A DNA stretch of 63,979 bases, counting the filler. It is 5 parts of 5 records of this genome, joined end to end, with 100 filler letters (N's around TTAATTAATTAA, not from the genome) between each part and the next. Parts side by side here need not be neighbours in the genome. Positions count along the whole stretch, not along the records: positions 25,815 to 47,019 come from SRR2962707_4697; positions 47,120 to 57,398 come from SRR2962707_4700; 3 more parts are not named here. The stretch is one strand, 5' to 3'. A program made the position numbers and the translations under genes. The notes beneath the pieces were generated by a model. That model made no database searches. It was not told where the DNA came from and saw nothing but the letters and a program-made list of their open reading frames with translations. Each line of letters starts with the position of its first letter. Position 1 is the first letter of the stretch. Shown here one piece after another: positions 40,441-50,100 of the stretch.

Positions 40441-43400
40441 ATGAACTTTTCCGCCTGGGCCATTCGCAATCCGATCGCGCCAATCCTGGCATTCGCGCTT
40501 CTGACGATTGTCGGCATTCAATCCTTCCTCACCCTGCCCATCACCCGGTTTCCCAATATCGACGTGCCGCTGGTGGCCATCACCGTGGTGCAATCGGGTG
40601 CCGCGCCGTCCGAGATGGAGGCGCAGGTCACCAAGGAAATCGAGGATGCCGTGGCCGGCATCACCGGCGTTGACGATATCGCCTCCACCGTTTCCGACGG
40701 AATCTCGACGACCACTGTGGTCTTCCGGATGGAGGTACCGACCGATCAGGCGGTGCAGGATGTCAAGGACGCCATCGACCGGGCGCGCGGCGATCTGCCG
40801 GCCTCGGTGGAGGAGCCTATCGTCACCCGCATCGATGTCGAAGGCCAGGCAATCATGACGTTTGCGGTGCATGCGCCTGATATGACGCTTGAGGAAGCCT
40901 CCTGGTTTGTCGACGACACCATCAAGCGGGCGCTGCAGGGCCAGCGCGGCGTCGGCAAGGTCGACCGCTATGGCGGCGCCGACCGGGAGATCCGTGTCGA
41001 GCTCGATCCGGCGCGGCTTGATTCCTACGGCATCACCGCAGCGGACGTGAACCGGCAGTTGCGCGCCACCAACGCCAATCTCGGCGGCGGACGTGGTGAA
41101 GTCGGCGCGCGCGAACAGGCGATCCGCACACTCGGCGACGCCCAGGACCGCGCATCGCTGGAAAAAACCACCATTGCGCTTGCGAACGGGCGGTTTGTCC
41201 GGCTCGGCGATCTGGGTGTGGTGCGCGACACCTATGAGGAATTGCGGTCCTTTGGCCGCTACAATGGCGACCAGGTGGTCTCTTTCGCCGTCTTCCGGTC
41301 AAAGGGCGCCAGCGAGATTTCCGTTGCCGAAGTGGTGACCGAGACGCTTGACGAGATCCGGGCAAAACACCCCAATGTCGAGCTGGTACCGGTCGACGAC
41401 ACGGTGTTCTTCACTTATGGCAACTATGAATCGGCGCTGCACACGCTGGTCGAAGGCTCGCTGCTGGCGGTTCTTGTGGTGTTCCTGTTCCTCAGGAACT
41501 GGCGTGCGACGCTGATCGCGGCCATCGCGCTGCCGCTTTCAGCCATCCCGACGTTCTACATCATGGATCTGCTGGGCTTTTCGCTCAACCTGGTGAGCCT
41601 GCTGGCCATCACGCTGGCCACGGGCATTCTGGTCGATGACGCGATTGTCGAGGTGGAAAACATCTCGCGCCACATTCGTATGGGCAAGACACCCTATCGG
41701 GCGTCGGTCGAAGCCGCTGACGAAATCGGGCTGGCGGTGATCGCCACCACGTTCACCATCATCGCGGTGTTTGTGCCGGTGTCGTTCATGCCCGGCATTC
41801 CGGGACAGTATTTCATCCAGTTCGGCATGACGGTGGCGGTCGCGGTGATGTTCTCGCTGCTGGTGGCGCGACTGATCACGCCGATGATGGCTGCCTACCT
41901 GATGCGCGACAGCGATGCCCATGAAGAGACCGAAGGCGGCGGACCGATCATGCGGGGCTACACCTGGCTGATCTCCAAGACCTTGCGCTGGAGATATTCC
42001 ACATTGCTTGCGGCCATTGGTTCGCTGGTGATCGCGGTGTATTTCCTGGGCCAGGTGCCAGGCTCGTTCCTGCCGCCGGAAGACGTGTCGCGTGTCAGCA
42101 TCAGCGTGGAACTGCCGCCGGGCGCGACGCTGGAAGACACTGACCGCACCACGGAAGCCATGCGCCAGATCATCACCGGCGTTGAAAATGTCGAGAATGT
42201 CTTCATCCTCGGCGGCACCTCGCCGAAGGGCGAGATCGACATCCGCCGCGCGTCCGTCTCTGTGCTGCTGGAAAAGATCGAACATTCGATTGTCAAGAAA
42301 GTGGTCAATGGCCTTGCCGGCGCAGTTCCGTTCGTCTCTGATTCACTGCCGCGCATGGAGGTTCTGGGCCGGGTGCGTTCGCAGGCGGAGGTCGAAGCCG
42401 AGATCTTCGAGAAGCTGGCTGTCATTCCCGACATCCGGGCCTACAAGCTCAACGACCGCGGCGAACGCGACCTGACTTACAACGTGATCTCGACCGACGA
42501 CGCGGCCATCGACCGCGCAGTCGCCATTCTCGAGCCCAAGCTCAAGGCCGAGAGCGTGCTGTCGAGCGTCAGCGTTGCGGGATCGCTGCCCCGCCCCGAA
42601 GTGCAGATCCGGCCGCGGGCCGAGGAAGCCGCGCGGCTTGGCGTTACCACGGCTCAGATTGCCGAAACCGTGCGGGTCGCCACAATCGGCGATGTTGATG
42701 CGGCTCTGGCCAAGATCTCGCTCGACAACCGCCAGATCCCGATCCGGGTGCAGCTTGACCCGGTTTACCGGGCCGACATCGACCGGATCGGCAATCTGCG
42801 CGTGGCGACCTCCAAGGGCGTTTCGGTTCCCTTGAAGACCGTCGCAGATATCGTCATCACCCAGGGTCCGTCGACCATCAACCGCTTCAATCGAGAACGA
42901 CAAGCGACGATTGGCGCCAGCCTGCCGATTGGTGTGGCGCTGGATACCGCCAAGAACCGGTTCAACGAGATCGTCGCGGCCACCGACCTGCCTGCCGGTG
43001 TGCAGGTGCTTGAGGCCGGTGATGCGGAAGTCCAGGCGGAAATGCAGGAAAGCTTCCTCAACGCCATGTTGATGGGGCTGATGCTGGTGCTGACGGTTCT
43101 CATCCTGCTGTTCAAGGATGTGATCCAACCGTTCACCATCCTGTTCTCACTGCCGCTGGCCATCGGCGGCGTTGCGGCGGGACTGATCCTGACCAACAAC
43201 GCGCTGTCGATGCCGGTGCTGATCGGCATCCTGATGCTGATGGGCATTGTCACCAAGAACGCCATTCTGCTGGTCGACTTCGCAGTGGAACTGATCCGCA
43301 CCGGACGTGACCGGGTGGAGGCGATGATCGAAGCCGGTCAGAAGCGTGCCCGGCCAATCGTCATGACCTCGATCGCCATGTCGGCAGGCATGTTGCCAAG

Positions 43401-43734
43401 TGCGCTTGGTGTTGGCGAAGGCGGGTCGTTCCGCGCGCCGATGGCAATCGCGGTGATCGGCGGGATCATTGTCTCGACCGTTCTCAGCCTTGTGGTGGTG
43501 CCCTCATTTTTCCTGATCATGGACGATCTTTCGCGGCTTCTGAGCTGGACCTTCAGCCGCTTTGTCGGTCCGAAGGAAGAAGAGATCGACGTGCTGGAGC
43601 CCGAAGCGATGACCGTGGCCATCGGCGAGAACGCTGAGGAGATCACGCAATTGCGCGAACGTCTGGCGCGGCTGGAAGGTCATGCCGGGCGAACTCCGCC
43701 AAAGCTGGTGGTGACGCAACAGGCAGCCGAATAG
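40441..43734 (+). CDS. RND efflux permease (AcrB/AcrD/AcrF family)
   Basis: FPNID, GILVDDAIVEVENI, GIVTKNAILLVDF, RARPIVMT. Confidence 0.96.
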   Translation: MNFSAWAIRNPIAPILAFALLTIVGIQSFLTLPITRFPNIDVPLVAITVVQSGAAPSEMEAQVTKEIEDAVAGITGVDDIASTVSDGISTTTVVFRMEVPTDQAVQDVKDAIDRARGDLPASVEEPIVTRIDVEGQAIMTFAVHAPDMTLEEASWFVDDTIKRALQGQRGVGKVDRYGGADREIRVELDPARLDSYGITAADVNRQLRATNANLGGGRGEVGAREQAIRTLGDAQDRASLEKTTIALANGRFVRLGDLGVVRDTYEELRSFGRYNGDQVVSFAVFRSKGASEISVAEVVTETLDEIRAKHPNVELVPVDDTVFFTYGNYESALHTLVEGSLLAVLVVFLFLRNWRATLIAAIALPLSAIPTFYIMDLLGFSLNLVSLLAITLATGILVDDAIVEVENISRHIRMGKTPYRASVEAADEIGLAVIATTFTIIAVFVPVSFMPGIPGQYFIQFGMTVAVAVMFSLLVARLITPMMAAYLMRDSDAHEETEGGGPIMRGYTWLISKTLRWRYSTLLAAIGSLVIAVYFLGQVPGSFLPPEDVSRVSISVELPPGATLEDTDRTTEAMRQIITGVENVENVFILGGTSPKGEIDIRRASVSVLLEKIEHSIVKKVVNGLAGAVPFVSDSLPRMEVLGRVRSQAEVEAEIFEKLAVIPDIRAYKLNDRGERDLTYNVISTDDAAIDRAVAILEPKLKAESVLSSVSVAGSLPRPEVQIRPRAEEAARLGVTTAQIAETVRVATIGDVDAALAKISLDNRQIPIRVQLDPVYRADIDRIGNLRVATSKGVSVPLKTVADIVITQGPSTINRFNRERQATIGASLPIGVALDTAKNRFNEIVAATDLPAGVQVLEAGDAEVQAEMQESFLNAMLMGLMLVLTVLILLFKDVIQPFTILFSLPLAIGGVAAGLILTNNALSMPVLIGILMLMGIVTKNAILLVDFAVELIRTGRDRVEAMIEAGQKRARPIVMTSIAMSAGMLPSALGVGEGGSFRAPMAIAVIGGIIVSTVLSLVVVPSFFLIMDDLSRLLSWTFSRFVGPKEEEIDVLEPEAMTVAIGENAEEITQLRERLARLEGHAGRTPPKLVVTQQAAE

Positions 43735-43953
43735 CGCTAGCCGAAGCGATTGTGGCCCAAACGCCGCGCGGATCAATCACCGCGCGGCGGCGTATCTTGT
43801 CAAATGAAGCGTGGGACAGCGACTGGGCATCATCGTTTCCACGGTTCAAAAAAAACTGATCTCAAGTCAAAGACTGGATGCTTTACTCTGCCACTTTGAC
43901 CCTGCTTCCCTTGCCGTGGCACATTGATTTGCGACATACAGGGAGGATGTTTT

Positions 43954-44889
43954 ATGACTTTTCACCGCAGTGCCCTGCCGCAAACAGAGGGCGGTCTCTT
44001 CCTTACCTATACGGGTATGGAAACTGATCTCCTCTTCAACAAGGGCTTCGACCTTCCCGGATTTGCTTCCTATCCCTTGCTTGAAACGGACGAAGGTCGT
44101 GCTGCGCTTCGTGGCAGCTATGAAAGCCTGATTGACACCTGCCAAGATGCAAGAATGGGTGTGATACTTGAAAGCCCAACCTGGGTGGCAAATCGGGATC
44201 GCGGCGCGGTCATTGGCTATTCACCCGAAACGCTGCGCCGCAGGAATATCGAGGCCGTGGAGCTGATGGTTGAGATCCGCAACCATAAGGGCGATCTTCC
44301 TACCATCATCAGTGCAAATATCGGACCTCGTTCAGATGCCTATGCACCGAGCGAACGAATGACGCCGGAAGAAGCCGACGCTTATCATTGCGAGCAGATT
44401 GCCATTTTCGCCCAGTCCGAAGTTGATCTGATTAGCGGCTACACCGTCGCCTACCCCGAAGAGGCCATAGGGATGGTTCGAGCCGCGAAAAAATTCGGCC
44501 TGCCCGTGGTTATCGCATTCACCGTCGAAACTGACGGCCGCCTGCCAATCGGAATGGGGCTCGGTGACGCGATTGAATTGGTTGACCAGGTCACCGACCA
44601 ATATGCGAGTTACTTCATGATCAACTGCGCCCACCCGGACCATTTCCGTAGGATCCTAACCGACGAAAAATGGATGATGCGCTTGCGCGGCATCGTCGCC
44701 AATGCATCAAGGTGCAGCCATGCTGAGCTTGATGAAGCCGAGGTACTGGATGCGGGAAACCCGGCAGAGTTTGGACGGCAACTCACGGAAATTCATCATG
44801 CCTTCCCGCAGATCACGGTCCTTGGCGGGTGTTGTGGCACGGACATGCGCCACATGAGCAGCGTTGTGAAACAGCTTAACGCCGTTTAG
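43954..44889 (+). CDS. Homocysteine S-methyltransferase family protein
   Basis: Zn ligands INCAHP and GGCCGT; GGGAGG RBS. Confidence 0.88.
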   Translation: MTFHRSALPQTEGGLFLTYTGMETDLLFNKGFDLPGFASYPLLETDEGRAALRGSYESLIDTCQDARMGVILESPTWVANRDRGAVIGYSPETLRRRNIEAVELMVEIRNHKGDLPTIISANIGPRSDAYAPSERMTPEEADAYHCEQIAIFAQSEVDLISGYTVAYPEEAIGMVRAAKKFGLPVVIAFTVETDGRLPIGMGLGDAIELVDQVTDQYASYFMINCAHPDHFRRILTDEKWMMRLRGIVANASRCSHAELDEAEVLDAGNPAEFGRQLTEIHHAFPQITVLGGCCGTDMRHMSSVVKQLNAV

Positions 44890-44999
44890 AATCCGATAGT
44901 CAGGGATCAGCCAGCCGACACAAATTTACTAGAGCGTCGTTCGATTAATTAGACGCATGTCGCGCAATGGAGTGCATCGGAGCTGAAATACGACATTCT

Positions 45000-45686
45000 T
45001 CAAACGCCGAGGAATTCGGTTTCGACCTCACGGGTCAGCCCATCAGGCGTGCCGGTCCAGACTGTCTCGCCACGGGCGAGGATGACGCAGCGGTCGGCCA
45101 CCGCGCGGAGTTCGGAAAAGCCCTTGTCGATCACCAGGATCGATTGACCGCCCGCCTTCAATTTGGCGATGGCCGCCCAGATTTCCTGACGCACCACCGG
45201 CGCCAGGCCTTCCGTCGCCTCATCGAGAATGAGCAAACGCGGATTGGTCAGCAACGCGCGCGCAATCGCCAGCATCTGCTGTTCACCGCCGGAAAGCGTC
45301 GATGCACTTTGCGTCATGCGCTCGCCCAGCCGGGGAAACAGGTCCGTGGCTTTTTCGATGTCCCAAGGCCCGGAGCGGGCCGACGCCATGAGGTTTTCGG
45401 ACACCGAGAGATTGGCAAAACAGCGCCGCCCTTCCGGCGCCAGGCCGATGCCCAGCCTTGCCGCCTTGAACGATGGCAGCGCCACAAGGTCCTTGCCGTC
45501 AAACCGGATCTTGCCGCGCGTGGTGCGCAGCATGCGGGTGATGGACCGAACCGTGGTGGTCTTGCCCATGCCGTTGCGGCCCATCAGGGCCACGAGTTCG
45601 CCCTCGGCGATCTGCAGATCGACACCGAACAGCGCCTGCGACGCCCCGTAGAAGGCTTCGAGCTTTTCAACCTCAAGCAGGCTCAT
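45000..45686 (-). CDS. livF: Branched-chain amino acid ABC ATP-binding protein LivF
   Basis: GRNGMGKTT, LSGGEQQMLAIARAL. Confidence 0.9.
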   Translation of the reverse strand: MSLLEVEKLEAFYGASQALFGVDLQIAEGELVALMGRNGMGKTTTVRSITRMLRTTRGKIRFDGKDLVALPSFKAARLGIGLAPEGRRCFANLSVSENLMASARSGPWDIEKATDLFPRLGERMTQSASTLSGGEQQMLAIARALLTNPRLLILDEATEGLAPVVRQEIWAAIAKLKAGGQSILVIDKGFSELRAVADRCVILARGETVWTGTPDGLTREVETEFLGV

Positions 45687-46435
45687 GCCGCGTCCTCCCC
45701 AAGATAAGCGGTTCGGACTTCCGGGTGATTGCGGATTTCATTGGCCTTGCCGCGGGCGATGATCTTGCCTGCAACCAGAACAGAAATACGGTCGGCCAGC
45801 TGGAAGACGGCGTCCATGTCGTGCTCGATCAACAGGATCGGTGCCTCTTCGCGAAGCTTGTCGAGGAAGCCGATCAGCTTGGCTGAGCCTTCCTGACCGA
45901 GGCCTGCCATCGGCTCATCCATCAGGAAAATTCGCGGTCGCATGGCCAGCGCCATGGCGATTTCCAGAAGCCGCTTTTCGCCATGCGAGAGTTCGCTCAC
46001 CCGGACGCCCGCACGCTGGCTCAACCCGACGCGGTCGAGCGCCTGCATGGCCTCGTCGATCAGGTCCTGATCGCGGGTGACCTGGCGAAAGAAGCCAAAC
46101 ACCGAACGGCGCCGCGCCTGAGCTGCAAACATGACGTTGCCACGCGCGGAAAATTCCGGAATCAGCGACGACACCTGGAATGTGCGGGTCAGTCCCAAAC
46201 GGGCGCGAGCGATCTGGTCGAGGTCGCTGATCTCGTGGCCATCGAACTTGATCGAGCCGGCATCGGCGGCAAGCTCACCGGCGACCAGCTTGATGAGGCT
46301 GGATTTGCCGGCGCCGTTGGGACCGATCAGGGCATGTATTTCGCCTGGGCGCAGGTCGAGATCGACGCAGTCGGTGACCTTCAACGCACCGAAGGATTTG
46401 CTCAGGCCTGAGAGTTGCAGCACCGGTTCAGTCAT
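45683..46435 (-). CDS. livG: Branched-chain amino acid ABC ATP-binding protein LivG
   Basis: GPNGAGKS, RTFQ, LSHGEKRLLEIA, AYLG. Confidence 0.9.
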   Translation of the reverse strand: MTEPVLQLSGLSKSFGALKVTDCVDLDLRPGEIHALIGPNGAGKSSLIKLVAGELAADAGSIKFDGHEISDLDQIARARLGLTRTFQVSSLIPEFSARGNVMFAAQARRRSVFGFFRQVTRDQDLIDEAMQALDRVGLSQRAGVRVSELSHGEKRLLEIAMALAMRPRIFLMDEPMAGLGQEGSAKLIGFLDKLREEAPILLIEHDMDAVFQLADRISVLVAGKIIARGKANEIRNHPEVRTAYLGEDAA

Positions 46436-47019
46436 GACGCGTCCTCCCGGCCACCAGCCCTATGAAACCACCCCGCGCAAACAGCACCACGGCCAGCAGT
46501 GCCGCGCCAAGGAAGAACTGCCAGTGCGTGGTGAAGCTGCCGAACACATGCTCGAACAACACAAACAGACAGGCACCGACCACCGGGCCGAACAGCCGCG
46601 CCACACCGCCCAGAATGATGAACACCATGATCTCGCCTGACAGGTGCCAGGACATCATCGACGGGCTGACGAAGCGGTTGAGATCAGCATAGAGCGCACC
46701 GGCCAGTCCGGTGACCATGCCGGAGAGCACAAAGGCTGCGAGCTTGATGCGGTAAGGCGACAGCCCGAGGGCTGCGACCCTCCCCTCGTTCTGGCGAACC
46801 GCCTGAAGCGCGATGCCGAAACGCGCGCCGGTCATTCGCCACTGGGCGACCAGAACCACCATCAGCACGGCGTAGCAGAGCAGGAAGAAATCCAGCGGGC
46901 GAAGCGTGTTGATGCCGGGAAAGGCGTTTCGCACATAAATCGACAGCCCGTCCTCGCCGCCATAGGCGGGCCAGGAAATGGCGAAATAGTAGATCATCTG
47001 CGCAAACGCCAGCGTGATC
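46428..47019 (-). CDS. livM: Branched-chain amino acid ABC permease LivM (5' truncated)
   Basis: ITLAFAQM, GGEDGL, AVRQNE, ILGG. Confidence 0.88.
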
Positions 47020-47119
47020 NNNNNNNNNNNNNNNNNNNNNNNNNNNNNNNNNNNNNNNNNNNNTTAATTAATTAANNNNNNNNNNNNNNNNNNNNNNNNN
47101 NNNNNNNNNNNNNNNNNNN
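47020..47119. other. Artificial contig linker
   Basis: N-run/TTAATTAATTAA/N-run. Confidence 0.98.
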
Positions 47120-50100
47120 GCAGCAGCCCCACCACCACCACCACCACCAGCACAACAGCAGCAGAGACGGCTCAGAATGCTGGACGTAAGCCCAATGTTC
47201 CGACAATTAGAATCTTTCAGAAGCAGATGTATCTTTTCAGACAACTGACTGCAAGTGCCTCCGCGTCTCCAGTGTTGGAGATTCGGATCAGTCCGAGCCA
47301 ACAGTTCGTTGCAGTTGGCACTGCGGGTGGGGAGGTGGTGATCTATAGGCTGTGGTATGACGACAGCGATGGCAGTAGCAGCAACGCTGTTCGTGAAGTG
47401 GAGGAAGTTGGCGAGGGTAGTCAGCTGGAGAAACAGCCGGTGACGAAGGAGAATGGGGTGCAGGCAGCACGGAAGGAGCTCCTTCTTCGAAACCACTTGA
47501 AGTCGCGGAGGTTGGTTGGCTTGGTCTGCTGGTTTCCACTTGCACATGGTGTTGTAATGGCACTCTGGCTGCGCGTGTGCTTTGTTTCATCGACCAAATC
47601 GTTCCGCATATGGCTCACTCGTGATGCCCGTGTCGTGTAATTTGCTGGTGGGTGGGCGCAGACTTGTTGATTGCTCAGTGCTTTCGCGATCTTGGGAACA
47701 CCGTGCAGCTCGAATCACGGCTTTGGAATGGGATCTGAGGGGCCGTTTTTTGGTGTCTGGAGATTCGCGAGGCAAAGTGGCTTGTTTCGATGTGAGTGCA
47801 GCAGCCGACGCGGCAGTTGCCGCTGGGCAAGGGGCCGCGTCTGTTATACACGCTCAATCTAAAGCAGTTGCCGCTGCTGCGGCATCAGCCGCCAAAATAG
47901 CTGCCTCGGCCGCGGCCTCCTTTCTTGGCGGCGTCATGTCCACACTTGGAGGGGGAGCTGGAAGTGGCGGAGAAGGAAGCCAGGATGTGGCGAGCAAAGA
48001 AGCAAGCGCCCAACTAAGTGAGCTGATCGTCACAGATGTTCGCGCCAGCGTGAAACCTAGTGAAGAAAGCATGGCAGCCTCTCCGCCTGAGCAGAAAGTC
48101 AGCGATGGATCCGCGCGGTCCGCGGCTGTGAACAGTGCAAAATCAACCGCTCGGACTCCACCACCTGTTCCTGCTCCTTCTTGCGAAGTTTTATTTGTGG
48201 CCGAGTCTCCAATCACACAGTTGGACTTTGGACCCCCGCAATACACGCGAACTCCTGGAGCCAAGCCTGGTCTCTTGCTTATTTCCACCGCACGAAGATG
48301 TATTGTAGTGGACGTCTTTGCACCAGCAGGTGCAGTTGCCGTTCAGGTGAGTGTCGTCGGCATGTTGTAGCCTGCCGTATCTGCGTAAAGTTTTGATTGT
48401 CAGGATCATGGAACTGAATGCTTGTCATTTATGTTCTTGCCAGATTGGTCGTAAGTTGCGGAACGGGGAATTTGGTGGCTGCTTTTCGAACGATGGTGAA
48501 CACGTATTTGCGAGTCGTCGCGGCGGGTATGTTTGTGATTGCCGCAGTGGGCGCATCCGCCAACAGGTTACTGTGACGGGCCGTTGGTAGTTTGCGCGTG
48601 CCTGCGAAATGGCGCTCACCAAGACTGCTGTGTGTGTGTGTCTGTGTGTGTGACGTGGCGCGCCTGTTGTGCTTGGCCAGGCGCTTGTGGTTTGCAGAAG
48701 CTCAAACTGGACGGGTGAGACCTTGTTTCCCATCCCCTTTTTTTTTTACTTGCCCATCAATGAACATGATGTTGTACATTGTTGTCTCAATGCATTCTGT
48801 CATTTTGTGTGCATTCAGGTCAAAAATACTCTGAAGAACCTTGGTTTGCCCGCAGAAAGTGTTTTTCCTCCAAGTGCAACCGCGCGCTCAGATGACGTCA
48901 TTGCAAAATACCACTTTCAGTCGGCATCCACCGCAGAAATTTCACCGGCATCCAGAAAGGCAGCACAGGGCAGTTTAGCACCAGTCACAGTTGGGTTTTC
49001 GCGCCTTCTTCGCTTCAATGTAGGCGTTGGGGGTGGAAGCCGTCTTTTAAGCTGGACTCCGTTTGCACCTGAATTGTTTGTCATTCACCCGGTCGTTTCT
49101 GCACCAAGTGCTGATGGATCACGCGCAGCAGATTTGCCGGAGCCTTGCATATCTGAGTGGCATCGCGATCTGGGGTCACTGGTGTATGTGGCTCCAATCA
49201 CGGACAATGCATTTGACTCTTTTATAGTAACGCACCGTCGCCGCGGTATTGATGGTGCTCCAAAAACCTGTTTGGGTATCATCCAGGCCTTTACTCTGCC
49301 AGCACTCGTGCGCACGATCGGAGCGAGCACTGGCAATCCTCGCGATGTTGTCGCATGTGTTGTGCTGCATCGTATTGCGGAACCAGCGATTCTCGAAAAT
49401 GCAGCCGTGCACGCTCAAGCGCTTGTGATTGATGCCCACGAGACAGGGTCACTAGCAGTCGCACAAGCAGACCCAATCATCAGGCCTTCAAGTGCACAGT
49501 GCGAAGCGATAGCAATGGGTGAGAACGAGAGACCGACGGCTTTTGCCAGCGTAGACGACATTCCGACCATTCAGGCGTTTGTGACTTGGTGCCGAGATTG
49601 CGGATTTTCGTTGCCGCATTGCCTTCTTCGTGTGGCTGTTCATCCTGCCTCGCGGCGCACCGGCATCGATTGTGCTCAAGACGCCACCCATGACCTCGAT
49701 ACGGAATCTTTGTCTCGTGCCTCGGACACTGCAATACAAGGAGATGATCGAATGGGCAACGGTACTGCACCGCTCGGAATTACGGACGCGGGCGGGCCAG
49801 TTTCGCCGGCTGGGAAGAAAAAACGGCGAAAACATCAGCACAAGCACCACAAAGGCCACCACCAACATCACCGTCCCCGAACCAGTAAGGCCGTGTCACC
49901 AGGCAACTTGACTCAACGTCTCGAGGATGAAAACTCCAAGGCACAGTGTAAAGCGGTCGCCAAAGATCGCCGCCGAGCCGGCACAAAGGGTGGGGGCAGG
50001 ACAAGGACCAAAACGAAGCGTTCAACTGTTCTTATCGAAGACGTATTGAAAGAGCCTCCTCGCCACGAACTGACAATCAGCGGCAGTGCGACACCTGGTG

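Noticed and set aside
43860..43953. SAM-type riboswitch before the methyltransferase
   Set aside because: Apart from TGATTT, no SAM-II/SAM-SAH consensus or pairing recognised
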